Source: Planctomycetota bacterium
GTDB lineage: Bacteria > Planctomycetota > Planctomycetia > Gemmatales > Gemmataceae
Assembly: GCA_016872605.1 (NCBI GenBank)
Contig: VGZI01000002.1
Location: 8,089 to 72,088 of the forward strand
Length of the DNA: 64,000 nucleotides
Direction: 5' to 3'
The translations under genes and the position numbers were made by a program. This document shows, piece after piece, positions 26,729-34,772 of the stretch (position 1 is the stretch's first letter; the number at the start of each line of letters is the position of its first letter). Below the pieces are notes generated by a model. It was not told where the DNA came from. It saw nothing but the letters and a program-made list of their open reading frames with translations, and did not search any database.

Positions 26729-28780
26729 ATGTGCGGGATTGCGGGCGTCGTGAATCTGGTTGAACCCCGGCCTATCGAACCGCAACTCGTACGCCGCATG
26801 GCCGACGCCATCACGCACCGCGGGCCGGACGATGACGGTTACTTCTTCCGCCCCGGCCTCGGCATGGCCAATCGCCGGCTCTCCATCGTCGGCCTGCACG
26901 ACGGCAAACAGCCGCTTCACAACGAAGATCGCTCTGTCTCGGTCGTCTTCAACGGCGAATTGTTCGACTACCCCGAAGTCAAGGCGGAGCTTCAGTCCAA
27001 GGGCCATCAGTTCCGCACGCACTGCGACACGGAGCTTGTGCCCCACCTCTACGAAGACCACGGCGAGGATTTCCTCGAAAAACTGCGCGGCCAGTTCGCC
27101 CTCGCTCTCTGGGATGAACGCAAGCAACACTTGCTCTTGGCTCGCGATCGTTTCGGCATCTGCCCCCTCTACTGGACGCAGCAAGGCGATTTGCTCCTGT
27201 TCGCCTCGGAGATCAAGGCTCTGCTGGCGTCGGGCCTGGTGCCGGCGAAGCCCGATCCGCGCGGCATCAACCATGTGTTCACGTTCTTTGCGACCCCCGG
27301 CCCGGTGACCTGTTTTGCCGGTATCAACTGCCTGCTGCCGGGAAGGTATCTGCGGATTGATGCAGGTCAGGCTGGAAAGCCTGACCTACGAACCGGCGAA
27401 CAGATTCAGGAACGCATCTACTGGCAGATCGACTTTCCCGACGAAGGCGAGGAGGAGTGGCGCGACTTTAGCCGGTTTTTCAGCAACGCCGGTTCGCCGG
27501 TGATCGACGAGTTCGACGTGATCATGAAGCGAGCCGTCGAGCGCCGCCTGCGTGCCGATGTTCCGGTCGTGTCGTATCTGTCCGGCGGCGTCGATTCCAG
27601 CGTTGTCGTCGCCCTCGCATGTGCGCAGCGCCGCAGCGAAGGCAAGGACCCGATTCCGACATTCACGATCTCCGTGCAGGATGATGAATCGCTCAACGAG
27701 TCGAGCGAGGCGAACGAGGTCGCCCGTCACGTCGGCTGCAAGGAGATCGTCGTCGATTGCGGCCGCCAGGAAGTGCTCGACACGTACCCGGCCCTGATCC
27801 GCGCGGCGGAGTGTCCGGTAATCGACACGTCGTGTGCCGCTCTATTGATGCTAGCGCGCAAGGTGCATCAATCCGGCTACAAAGTCGCGCTCACCGGCGA
27901 AGGCGCCGACGAATGGCTGGCCGGCTATCCGTGGTACAAGATTCAGCGTGCCCTCAGCTGGTTTGACATCATCCCCGGAATCCCGTTGAGCGGAGTCGTC
28001 AAGAGGCTTTATCTGCGTCTCACCGGCGCGCCGCCGGTCGCCTGGGAAGCGGTGCAGCGCGTCCAGGACGCCATCGGCGGCGACAACGCCTGGCTCAACA
28101 TCTATGGCCTGTTCGGTTCATCGAAGACTCGCTTCTTCAGCGCCGCCATGTGGGAGCAACTCGGCGACCATCTGCCCTACGCCGACTTGAAGCTCAATCT
28201 CGATAGGGCCAAGAAATGGCATCCGCTCAATCGCTCGCTCTACGTAGGCGCTCGCGTGATGCTCCCCGGGTTGCTCTTGGCGTCCAAAGGGGATCGCGTG
28301 GCGATGAACTCTTCGGTCGAGACACGCTATCCGTTTCTCGACGAGGAAGTCTTCGCGTTCTTGGCCAAATTGCATCCGGGGTGGAAGATGCGCGGCATGA
28401 GCGACAAGCTGGTTCTGCGCCACCTGGCCGACCGCTATTTGCCGAGTTCGATCGCCTGGCGGCGCAAGGCGATGTTCCGCGCGCCGCTCGATGGGTTCCA
28501 TGTGGCGACGATGCCGACCTTTGTGGATCAACTCCTGAGCCCGGAATCGCTAAAAAAGACCGGGTACTTCGATGCGGCTGCCGTCGCCCATTGGCGCGAG
28601 GCGTTCAAGACGATGTGGGCGGGCAGTAATCAACGGACGGTCGTCGAGATGGGGCTGGTCGGCGTCGTGGCGACGCAGCTTTGGCACCACACCTATTTGG
28701 GCGGCGGACTTGCCGAGTTGCCCACGTGGTCGCCGCCGTCAGAGCCTGACGCGTCAGCGAAGGAATCTGTTCTTCGCTGA
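26729..28780 (+). CDS. asnB: Asparagine synthase (glutamine-hydrolysing) family amidotransferase
   Basis: N-terminal MCGIAG nucleophile, PP-loop LSGGVDSS, AGGGAGG RBS before the ATG at 26729. Confidence 0.88.
   Translation: MCGIAGVVNLVEPRPIEPQLVRRMADAITHRGPDDDGYFFRPGLGMANRRLSIVGLHDGKQPLHNEDRSVSVVFNGELFDYPEVKAELQSKGHQFRTHCDTELVPHLYEDHGEDFLEKLRGQFALALWDERKQHLLLARDRFGICPLYWTQQGDLLLFASEIKALLASGLVPAKPDPRGINHVFTFFATPGPVTCFAGINCLLPGRYLRIDAGQAGKPDLRTGEQIQERIYWQIDFPDEGEEEWRDFSRFFSNAGSPVIDEFDVIMKRAVERRLRADVPVVSYLSGGVDSSVVVALACAQRRSEGKDPIPTFTISVQDDESLNESSEANEVARHVGCKEIVVDCGRQEVLDTYPALIRAAECPVIDTSCAALLMLARKVHQSGYKVALTGEGADEWLAGYPWYKIQRALSWFDIIPGIPLSGVVKRLYLRLTGAPPVAWEAVQRVQDAIGGDNAWLNIYGLFGSSKTRFFSAAMWEQLGDHLPYADLKLNLDRAKKWHPLNRSLYVGARVMLPGLLLASKGDRVAMNSSVETRYPFLDEEVFAFLAKLHPGWKMRGMSDKLVLRHLADRYLPSSIAWRRKAMFRAPLDGFHVATMPTFVDQLLSPESLKKTGYFDAAAVAHWREAFKTMWAGSNQRTVVEMGLVGVVATQLWHHTYLGGGLAELPTWSPPSEPDASAKESVLR
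27364..27387. repeat. GGTCAGGC hairpin unit embedded in-frame inside asnB
   Basis: AGGTCAGGC TGGAAA GCCTGACCT has a 9-bp perfect stem. It uses the same arm sequence as the intergenic elements at 18763 and 53054. Confidence 0.7.
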
Positions 28781-28793
28781 CGCGTCAGGCTCT
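28741..28793. repeat. Hairpin element with a 22-bp perfect stem, overlapping the asnB stop codon
   Basis: AGAGCCTGACGCGTCAGCGAAG, 9-nt loop, exact complement. The TGA at 28778-28780 lies in the right arm. Confidence 0.9.
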
Positions 28794-28819
28794 GACGTGA
28801 TCGAAACCCGGAGACGTAA

Positions 28820-29935
28820 ATGGATTACGCACTGTCAACGCTGTGGTATGAACGCCAACGCTACTTGCCGGCGGTTCTCGCCGTTGCGTTTAGTTGCCTT
28901 CTGATCGCTTTGCAATGCGGCCTACTTCTCGGGCTGTTCTCGATTACGTCGATACCGATCGATGAATCGCGAGCCGATATCTGGGTCGGGCATCCGGACG
29001 TTCCCAGCGTTGACCTTGGGATCCCGATTCCGGAGGCCTGGCAATCCTATCTTGCAATGCCGGAGGTCGAACGCACCGAGCCGTACATGGAGGGATTCGC
29101 CTATTGGAAGAAGCCGACGGGTGGCATGGAACTCGTCCTGGTCATCGGCGCCCGGCTAGGACCCGATTCGATCGGTGCGATCAGGCAACTGACGACAGAA
29201 CACCGCACTGCCTTGTCGGAGCCGAACTCCGTCGTCGTGGACGAAGGCGAGTTCGGTCGCCTCGGCATCACAAAAGTGGGTGACACGGCAGAGATTCTCG
29301 GCAAGCGCGTCCGCGTCGTCGGCACGGTAACGGGGCTGCGCAGTCTCGCTGGTCCTTACCTGTTCTGCTCGCTGGACACGGCTCGGAGCGTCCTGCGGCC
29401 GCCGAGCGACCAATGCACGTTCATCCTGGCGAAATGCCACAATAAGGCGGACGCAGCCAAGGTCGTGGAGCGGCTCAAAGCGTTTCCGAAGAAGCTGGCG
29501 CCGTTCACCACCGAAGACTTCTCCGCGCATAGCCAGTTGCACTGGCTGTTCAAGACGAAAGCCGGCGTTGCCCTTGGACTAGCGGCGTTATTGGGCCTGA
29601 TGGTCGGCGCCGTCGTCACCAGCACCACCCTTCACTCGGCCACGTCGGCGTCGCTGAAGGAATACGCCGTGCTGCGGGCGCTCGGCATTCCGCGCTGGCG
29701 CATGATGATGATGGTCGTGTCGCAATCATTCTGGGTCGGCATCGCGGGGATCGTCGTCGCGCTGCCTATCATCTTCGGGCTGGCCTATCTGGGTGAATAC
29801 ATCGGGGCCAAGATCCTGTTGCGCTATTGGCTGCTCATCGGCGCTTGCCTCATCACAATGACCATGGCGATGCTCTCGGGTCTGGTCGCCTTGCGCAGTT
29901 TGCAGAGCGTCGAACCGGTGACGCTGTTGCGTTAG
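28820..29935 (+). CDS. FtsX/DevC-like ABC transporter permease, with no adjacent ATPase or adaptor
   Basis: N-terminal TM, an extracytoplasmic domain and three C-terminal TM helices (LKEYAVLRALGIPRW). Confidence 0.78.
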   Translation: MDYALSTLWYERQRYLPAVLAVAFSCLLIALQCGLLLGLFSITSIPIDESRADIWVGHPDVPSVDLGIPIPEAWQSYLAMPEVERTEPYMEGFAYWKKPTGGMELVLVIGARLGPDSIGAIRQLTTEHRTALSEPNSVVVDEGEFGRLGITKVGDTAEILGKRVRVVGTVTGLRSLAGPYLFCSLDTARSVLRPPSDQCTFILAKCHNKADAAKVVERLKAFPKKLAPFTTEDFSAHSQLHWLFKTKAGVALGLAALLGLMVGAVVTSTTLHSATSASLKEYAVLRALGIPRWRMMMMVVSQSFWVGIAGIVVALPIIFGLAYLGEYIGAKILLRYWLLIGACLITMTMAMLSGLVALRSLQSVEPVTLLR

Positions 29936-30046
29936 CTCAGTTGGTATGTGGATTCCTTGAAAGAACTGGGCGGCTGGGGTCATTTATCTATGGATCCGAC
30001 GGTCACCTCTTCCATCCTGCCGTCCGGTCCCGCAAGGAGAATCCCG

Positions 30047-30250
30047 ATGACCCGCCAGTGTGCTTGGTGCGGCCGTGTGCTTGGGCAAATGGCGTCGCTC
30101 GATGACTTTTCCGTGACGCATGGCCTGTGCCGTGAATGCCACGCGAAAATTGTCGTGCCTGAACCGCATGCATCGGACGCCGATCCGGCATGCCGCGATC
30201 CACACGAGGGGCCGAAATCGGGTATGCTATCCGTGGATGTCGCGGAGTAG
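30047..30250 (+). CDS. Small CxxC...CxxC zinc-ribbon protein
   Basis: AAGGAG RBS lies 8 nt upstream of the ATG. Sequence MTRQCAWCGRVLG...THGLCRECHAKI. Confidence 0.5.
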   Translation: MTRQCAWCGRVLGQMASLDDFSVTHGLCRECHAKIVVPEPHASDADPACRDPHEGPKSGMLSVDVAE

Positions 30251-30273
30251 ATTCGTGGGCGTGGTCGAAATCA

Positions 30274-30957
30274 ATGCGCGTACTCGTGGTTGAAGATGAG
30301 GCTGAGTTGTTGCGCGTGATCGCGCGTGCGCTTCGCGAGAATGGGTATGCCGTCGATGAGGCCCGCGAAGGCGAGGACGGCCTGTACAAGGCGATGACAT
30401 GGACGTATGACGCGATCGTGCTTGACTTGATGCTGCCGGGGCTTACCGGATGGGAGATCTTGAAACGCCTTCGCCGCAAACTGCAAACGCCCGTGTTGAT
30501 CTTGAGCGCTCGCGACACCGTGAAGGACCGCGTCGAGGGGCTCGACCTCGGGGCGGACGATTATCTCATCAAGCCCTTCGCTCTGTCGGAGTTGCTGGCG
30601 CGATTGCAGGCGCTCATTCGGCGAGCCGCCGGGAAGGCGGCGCCGGAGATTACGATCGGCGACATCGTCGTCAACTTGCGCACTCGCGCCGTCACGCAGG
30701 ACGGTCGTTCCGTGGAGTTGACGGCTCGCGAGTTCGCCATCGTGGAGTTGCTCGCCTTGCAGCGCGGCGTTTTAGTGACTCGCACGCGCATCTACGAACA
30801 TATCTTCGACGAAAACGATGACAGCCTTTCCAACCTCGTCGAAGTCCATATTTCCAACATCCGCAAGAAGCTAGGCAAGGATTTCATCACCACGCGCCGC
30901 GGCCAAGGGTACATCATCGAGGCCGAACCCGAGTCGCCTTCGGGGGGCTCTCGATGA
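30274..30957 (+). CDS. OmpR-family response regulator
   Basis: MRVLVVEDE.., DLMLPGLTG, and a winged-helix C-terminus (LTAREFAIVELL, RRGQGYII). Confidence 0.92.
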   Translation: MRVLVVEDEAELLRVIARALRENGYAVDEAREGEDGLYKAMTWTYDAIVLDLMLPGLTGWEILKRLRRKLQTPVLILSARDTVKDRVEGLDLGADDYLIKPFALSELLARLQALIRRAAGKAAPEITIGDIVVNLRTRAVTQDGRSVELTAREFAIVELLALQRGVLVTRTRIYEHIFDENDDSLSNLVEVHISNIRKKLGKDFITTRRGQGYIIEAEPESPSGGSR

Positions 30958-32447
30958 TCCGATCGCTCCGCTGGCGGCTGCAGATCTGGTACACCGGGCT
31001 AATGCTGATTGTCGTCGGCGGGTTCGGCAGCATCTTGTATCTTCAAACGCGCTCGGCCAAGCTGCAAGAAATCGACTTGCAGCTTGAAGCCGCCGCACGC
31101 GTGCTCGACGCCAAGCTCGGCAGCTTTCCGCATTTCGAGCTTGATAGCAAGGATGCCCTCCCGCCGCAGAAGAAGAAGGGCTTTGGACCGAAATTTGACA
31201 AGAAAGCCAAGCCGTTCCGATTCGACCCGGATCAGAAGATCCCGCCGCCGCCGTTTCGCGATCGCGAACGGCTCATGGCAGAACTGGTTCTGCCGCGCGA
31301 GTTCGAAGGTCCGCCGGACCTCGCGGAACCGGATCGACTCTACTTCTCCATCTGGCGTGGGGATCGATCCGTGCTGAAAGCGACGTTCTTGCCTGAAGGA
31401 GTGGAATTCCCCGCTGCTGAGGACTCGCGGGTTCAAATCGAGCAGCGTGGCCCGTATCGCGAAGCGTCCATGCGAGGCCCGCGTGACACGCGCATTGTCG
31501 TCGGGCGCATGGTCGCCAAGGAACTGGCCGATCTGAACGCATTTCTTTGGCAGATTGTCGGCGTCGGCTCTGCGGTGCTGTTCGTTGGCTTGGCGGGCGG
31601 CTGGGTTCTGGCGTCGCGCATTTTTCGCCCCATCGAAGCCATGTCGGCGGCCGCCGACGCCATCAACGAGAAAAATCTGTCGACGCGCATCGATACGACC
31701 GACGTCGATGTCGAGCTGGCCGACCTTGCCGACGTGCTCAATTCGATGTTCGACCGGATCGAGGAAGCCTTTGAGCGGCAGCGCCAGTTCACGGCCGACG
31801 CTTCGCACGAGTTGCGGACGCCGCTGGCGATTCTCCGGACCAACGCCGATCTCGCACTTTCCCAGCCGCGTTCGCCCGAAGAATATCGGGAAACGATCGA
31901 GACGTGTCTGAACGCGGTTAACCGGATGAGCGCTCTGGTCCAGGGGCTTCTTACGCTGGCCCGCGCCGACGCGGGCAGTCCAGGTATGATCATGCGGCCC
32001 CTGCAGTTGGATGCGATCGTCACCGAATGTTTGACGATACTGCGGCCGCTCGCCGATGAGAAGCAGATCGTGCTGACAGCCGAGTTGGCGTCGGCCACGG
32101 TTCTGGGCGATGCCGACAGCTTGATGCAACTGGCGTGCAACCTGGTCACCAACGCGATTCAACACAATCACGAGGGCGGCAAGGTCCACTTGCGCATCAG
32201 CGTGGCCGAGGGCTCGGTCGTCCTCACCGTGAACGACACGGGACCAGGCATCCCGGAAAAAGATCGTCCGCATATCTTCGAGCGGTTCTTCCGCGTTGAC
32301 AAGGCGCGAGCGCGCAGTTCCGGCGGCAACGGGCTTGGCCTGGCGATCTGCAAGGCCATCGTCGAGGCTCACTCCGGGGCCATCGATTTCGATAGTGTCG
32401 AGAACGCAGGTACAACATTTCGCGTCGTGTTTCGCGCGGCGAGCTAG
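30954..32447 (+). CDS. Sensor histidine kinase (two TM, HAMP, HisKA, HATPase_c)
   Basis: H-box SHELRTPLAIL, N-box NAIQHN, G-boxes DTGPGI and GGNGLGLAI. Overlaps the response regulator stop by 4 nt. Confidence 0.9.
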   Translation: MIRSLRWRLQIWYTGLMLIVVGGFGSILYLQTRSAKLQEIDLQLEAAARVLDAKLGSFPHFELDSKDALPPQKKKGFGPKFDKKAKPFRFDPDQKIPPPPFRDRERLMAELVLPREFEGPPDLAEPDRLYFSIWRGDRSVLKATFLPEGVEFPAAEDSRVQIEQRGPYREASMRGPRDTRIVVGRMVAKELADLNAFLWQIVGVGSAVLFVGLAGGWVLASRIFRPIEAMSAAADAINEKNLSTRIDTTDVDVELADLADVLNSMFDRIEEAFERQRQFTADASHELRTPLAILRTNADLALSQPRSPEEYRETIETCLNAVNRMSALVQGLLTLARADAGSPGMIMRPLQLDAIVTECLTILRPLADEKQIVLTAELASATVLGDADSLMQLACNLVTNAIQHNHEGGKVHLRISVAEGSVVLTVNDTGPGIPEKDRPHIFERFFRVDKARARSSGGNGLGLAICKAIVEAHSGAIDFDSVENAGTTFRVVFRAAS

Positions 32448-32595
32448 CGAATTGGAGCCCCGAGTCGACCGACTCAATTTTGTTCTTGAACGCACAGGCG
32501 TATTTCCAAATAATCCGTGATACCGTTTCCGTGGATGCGCGACCCAAGCCTCGTTGCGCGGGAGTCGTGTTCTTACTTCGTTGAAAGGAACGTTG

Positions 32596-33000
32596 ATGAG
32601 CCATCGCGTAAAACAACTGGCCGCCATGCTGAATGCCATGCCTCAGCCTCGTGCCGAGGTTGAGAAGAATAGCCTGAATGGGTTGAAGCGTCTTTCCGAG
32701 GACGCGGTGCTCGCGTCAGAGATGGAGGGCATGGTGCCGAAGAGACGAGAGCTGCTTGCGGAGGCTACGGAAACGCTCGACAAATTTGCGGACTTGATTG
32801 GTCGTGGCCATCCGGCGGTGGTTCTGGTGCGCAAGATGATTCTGATTGCGGATGCGATTGTCGAGGGCCGACCGGAACCGTCCGACTCGGACCTGGACCG
32901 GATGATCAACGGCGGCGGCGGGGGATGCTTTTCCATCCTGATCTTGACCAGTGCTGGCGTCGCCACGCTGGCCTATGGCGCCTGGCATTTTCTTGCATGA
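32596..33000 (+). CDS. Hypothetical protein with a C-terminal TM helix
   Basis: ORF with AAAGGA upstream of the ATG at 32596. C-terminal GGGGCFSILILTSAGVATLAYGAW. Confidence 0.5.
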   Translation: MSHRVKQLAAMLNAMPQPRAEVEKNSLNGLKRLSEDAVLASEMEGMVPKRRELLAEATETLDKFADLIGRGHPAVVLVRKMILIADAIVEGRPEPSDSDLDRMINGGGGGCFSILILTSAGVATLAYGAWHFLA

Positions 33001-33111
33001 ATATCGTTCTACCGATTCGAGCGTATTCGATACAATCTCTTGTGTGGCATGAATCGTCTAGTAATCAAGGCATTGCCTTGCAAGCCCCCCTTCCTCTTTG
33101 AGGCTTTTGTC

Positions 33112-34614
33112 ATGCGCCGAAGAAGTACTTGGCTGGTGTTGTCCGCCGTGGTGGTGGCGGTGTTGGCGGCCGGGTGGCTCGCGCCCCAGGCGGACTCGAT
33201 GTGCGGCTATTTCCGCCCAATCATCGTCGATCTGAAGAATCCTTCTGAGATGCTGCAACCGTCCCAGATTGCATTCATCACGTGGGATCCCGTCCAGAAG
33301 ATTGAGACCGTTACGGTGCAGCCGCGGTTCGAAGGCAACGCAGCCGACTTCGGCATGGTCATCCCGACGCCGACGCAACCGAAACTGAATGAGATGCCGC
33401 GCGACTTCTTCAAAGCCCTGGGCGTTTACACGCAATCGAAGAAGCGCATGTTTCCGCAGTCGAAGTTGATGCCGATGATGTTCCCGCCGGGCGGATTCGG
33501 CGGCCCGCGCATGGCGGCGGAGAAGGCGGGCAAAGGCGGCGGTCCCATCGCGCCCGAAGAAGAAAAAACCACCGTCGAAGTCCTCGAAGTCGGCCTGGTC
33601 GGCAACCTCGACTACAAGATCATCGCCGCCGGCCGATCCGACGACCTCTTCAAATGGCTCAAGGACAATCGCTACACCTACTCCGGCGATGAAGCCACAC
33701 TGAACTACTACGTTCAACGCAAGTATGTCTTCACGGTCATGAAGATCGACACCCTGCAGATGAAGCGCAACAAAGACGGCACCTTCACCGGTGATGTCAC
33801 CCCGACGCGCTTCACCTTCAGCTCCGAAAAGCTCGTCTATCCGACGCGCATTACGCAAGTCTCCGTCAAGGACACGACCGACGCTCTGTTCTATGTCCAG
33901 GCTCCGTTCAAGGTCGATCTCGAAGGCGACATGAGCTACCAGTACAACTGGGTTTCCACGCTCAACCACATCGTGCAACAAATGGGGCCAGGCGAACTCG
34001 CCGACGCCAACCAGAAATGGCGGCAGAAAATCCAACCGAGCACCGGCGCCTTGTTGCAGCGGGCGAACGAGCTCAACTTCGGCTTCCAGATGAATCAGCA
34101 GCTCCGACCCAACGCCAAGGGACAGCGCGCCACCTTGCTCGAATGGGCCAAGCGCGTCACAGAAGACGACATCGGCATCCTCAGCGGGACTCGGCCCTAC
34201 TCCGACAAGGTTCCCGATCCGGACGACGGCTTCACCCATGCCGACATGCGCGATCCGCAACGCTCGATCGCCATCCAAAAGATCATTCAGCATCGCCTCG
34301 CCAAGTCCCAAAAAGAACAGCCGCGCGGGTATCTCGTCCGCGAAGGCAAGAAGGACGACCTGGCCACGCTGTCGCTCTTGAAGGGACACGTGCAGGCGAA
34401 TCAGTATATCACGAAGTTCCGACACGTCTTCAGTCGCGCCGAGATGAATGACGATCTCGTCATGGTTGAAGCGCGCGTCGGCGATGTCGCGGACACGTCG
34501 GAGCACGAGGAAGTGCTGCGGTCGATGCTCTTCGGCCGAGGCCGCTTCGGCCCATTCCCCGGCGGCGGTCCTGGCGTCTTCCCGGGGCCGGGCGGCCTGA
34601 AGGGCGGATTCTAG
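33112..34614 (+). CDS. DUF2330-domain secreted protein
   Basis: Signal/anchor, then CGYF..QIAFITWD..ETVTVQPRFEGNAADFGMVIPTPTQP. This pattern is typical of DUF2330 (from memory). Confidence 0.65.
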   Translation: MRRRSTWLVLSAVVVAVLAAGWLAPQADSMCGYFRPIIVDLKNPSEMLQPSQIAFITWDPVQKIETVTVQPRFEGNAADFGMVIPTPTQPKLNEMPRDFFKALGVYTQSKKRMFPQSKLMPMMFPPGGFGGPRMAAEKAGKGGGPIAPEEEKTTVEVLEVGLVGNLDYKIIAAGRSDDLFKWLKDNRYTYSGDEATLNYYVQRKYVFTVMKIDTLQMKRNKDGTFTGDVTPTRFTFSSEKLVYPTRITQVSVKDTTDALFYVQAPFKVDLEGDMSYQYNWVSTLNHIVQQMGPGELADANQKWRQKIQPSTGALLQRANELNFGFQMNQQLRPNAKGQRATLLEWAKRVTEDDIGILSGTRPYSDKVPDPDDGFTHADMRDPQRSIAIQKIIQHRLAKSQKEQPRGYLVREGKKDDLATLSLLKGHVQANQYITKFRHVFSRAEMNDDLVMVEARVGDVADTSEHEEVLRSMLFGRGRFGPFPGGGPGVFPGPGGLKGGF

Positions 34615-34642
34615 GCCTACGCCGAGAAATCGAAAATTGTGT

Positions 34643-34674
34643 GGCCGCACCCTTCTGGGTGCGGCTGTTTTTTT
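34643..34674 (+). terminator. Rho-independent terminator
   Basis: GGCCGCACCC TTCT GGGTGCGGC followed by TGTTTTTTT. It is the only canonical stem plus T-tract seen in the window. Confidence 0.85.
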
Positions 34675-34772
34675 GGTCGATCCGAATGCCCTACTTCTCT
34701 TCGGCCCTCCCCTTCAGGTAATTTTCCGCCTAAATAACAACATCGGTCAAGCAACCGGGAAAAGGAGCATTC

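Noticed and set aside
33058-34650. 530-aa minus-strand ORF
   Set aside because: It is antisense to the DUF2330 gene, which has a signal peptide and family motifs. The same reasoning applies to 5612-6868, 1117-2052, 2348-3280, 28118-28531 and similar shadow ORFs.
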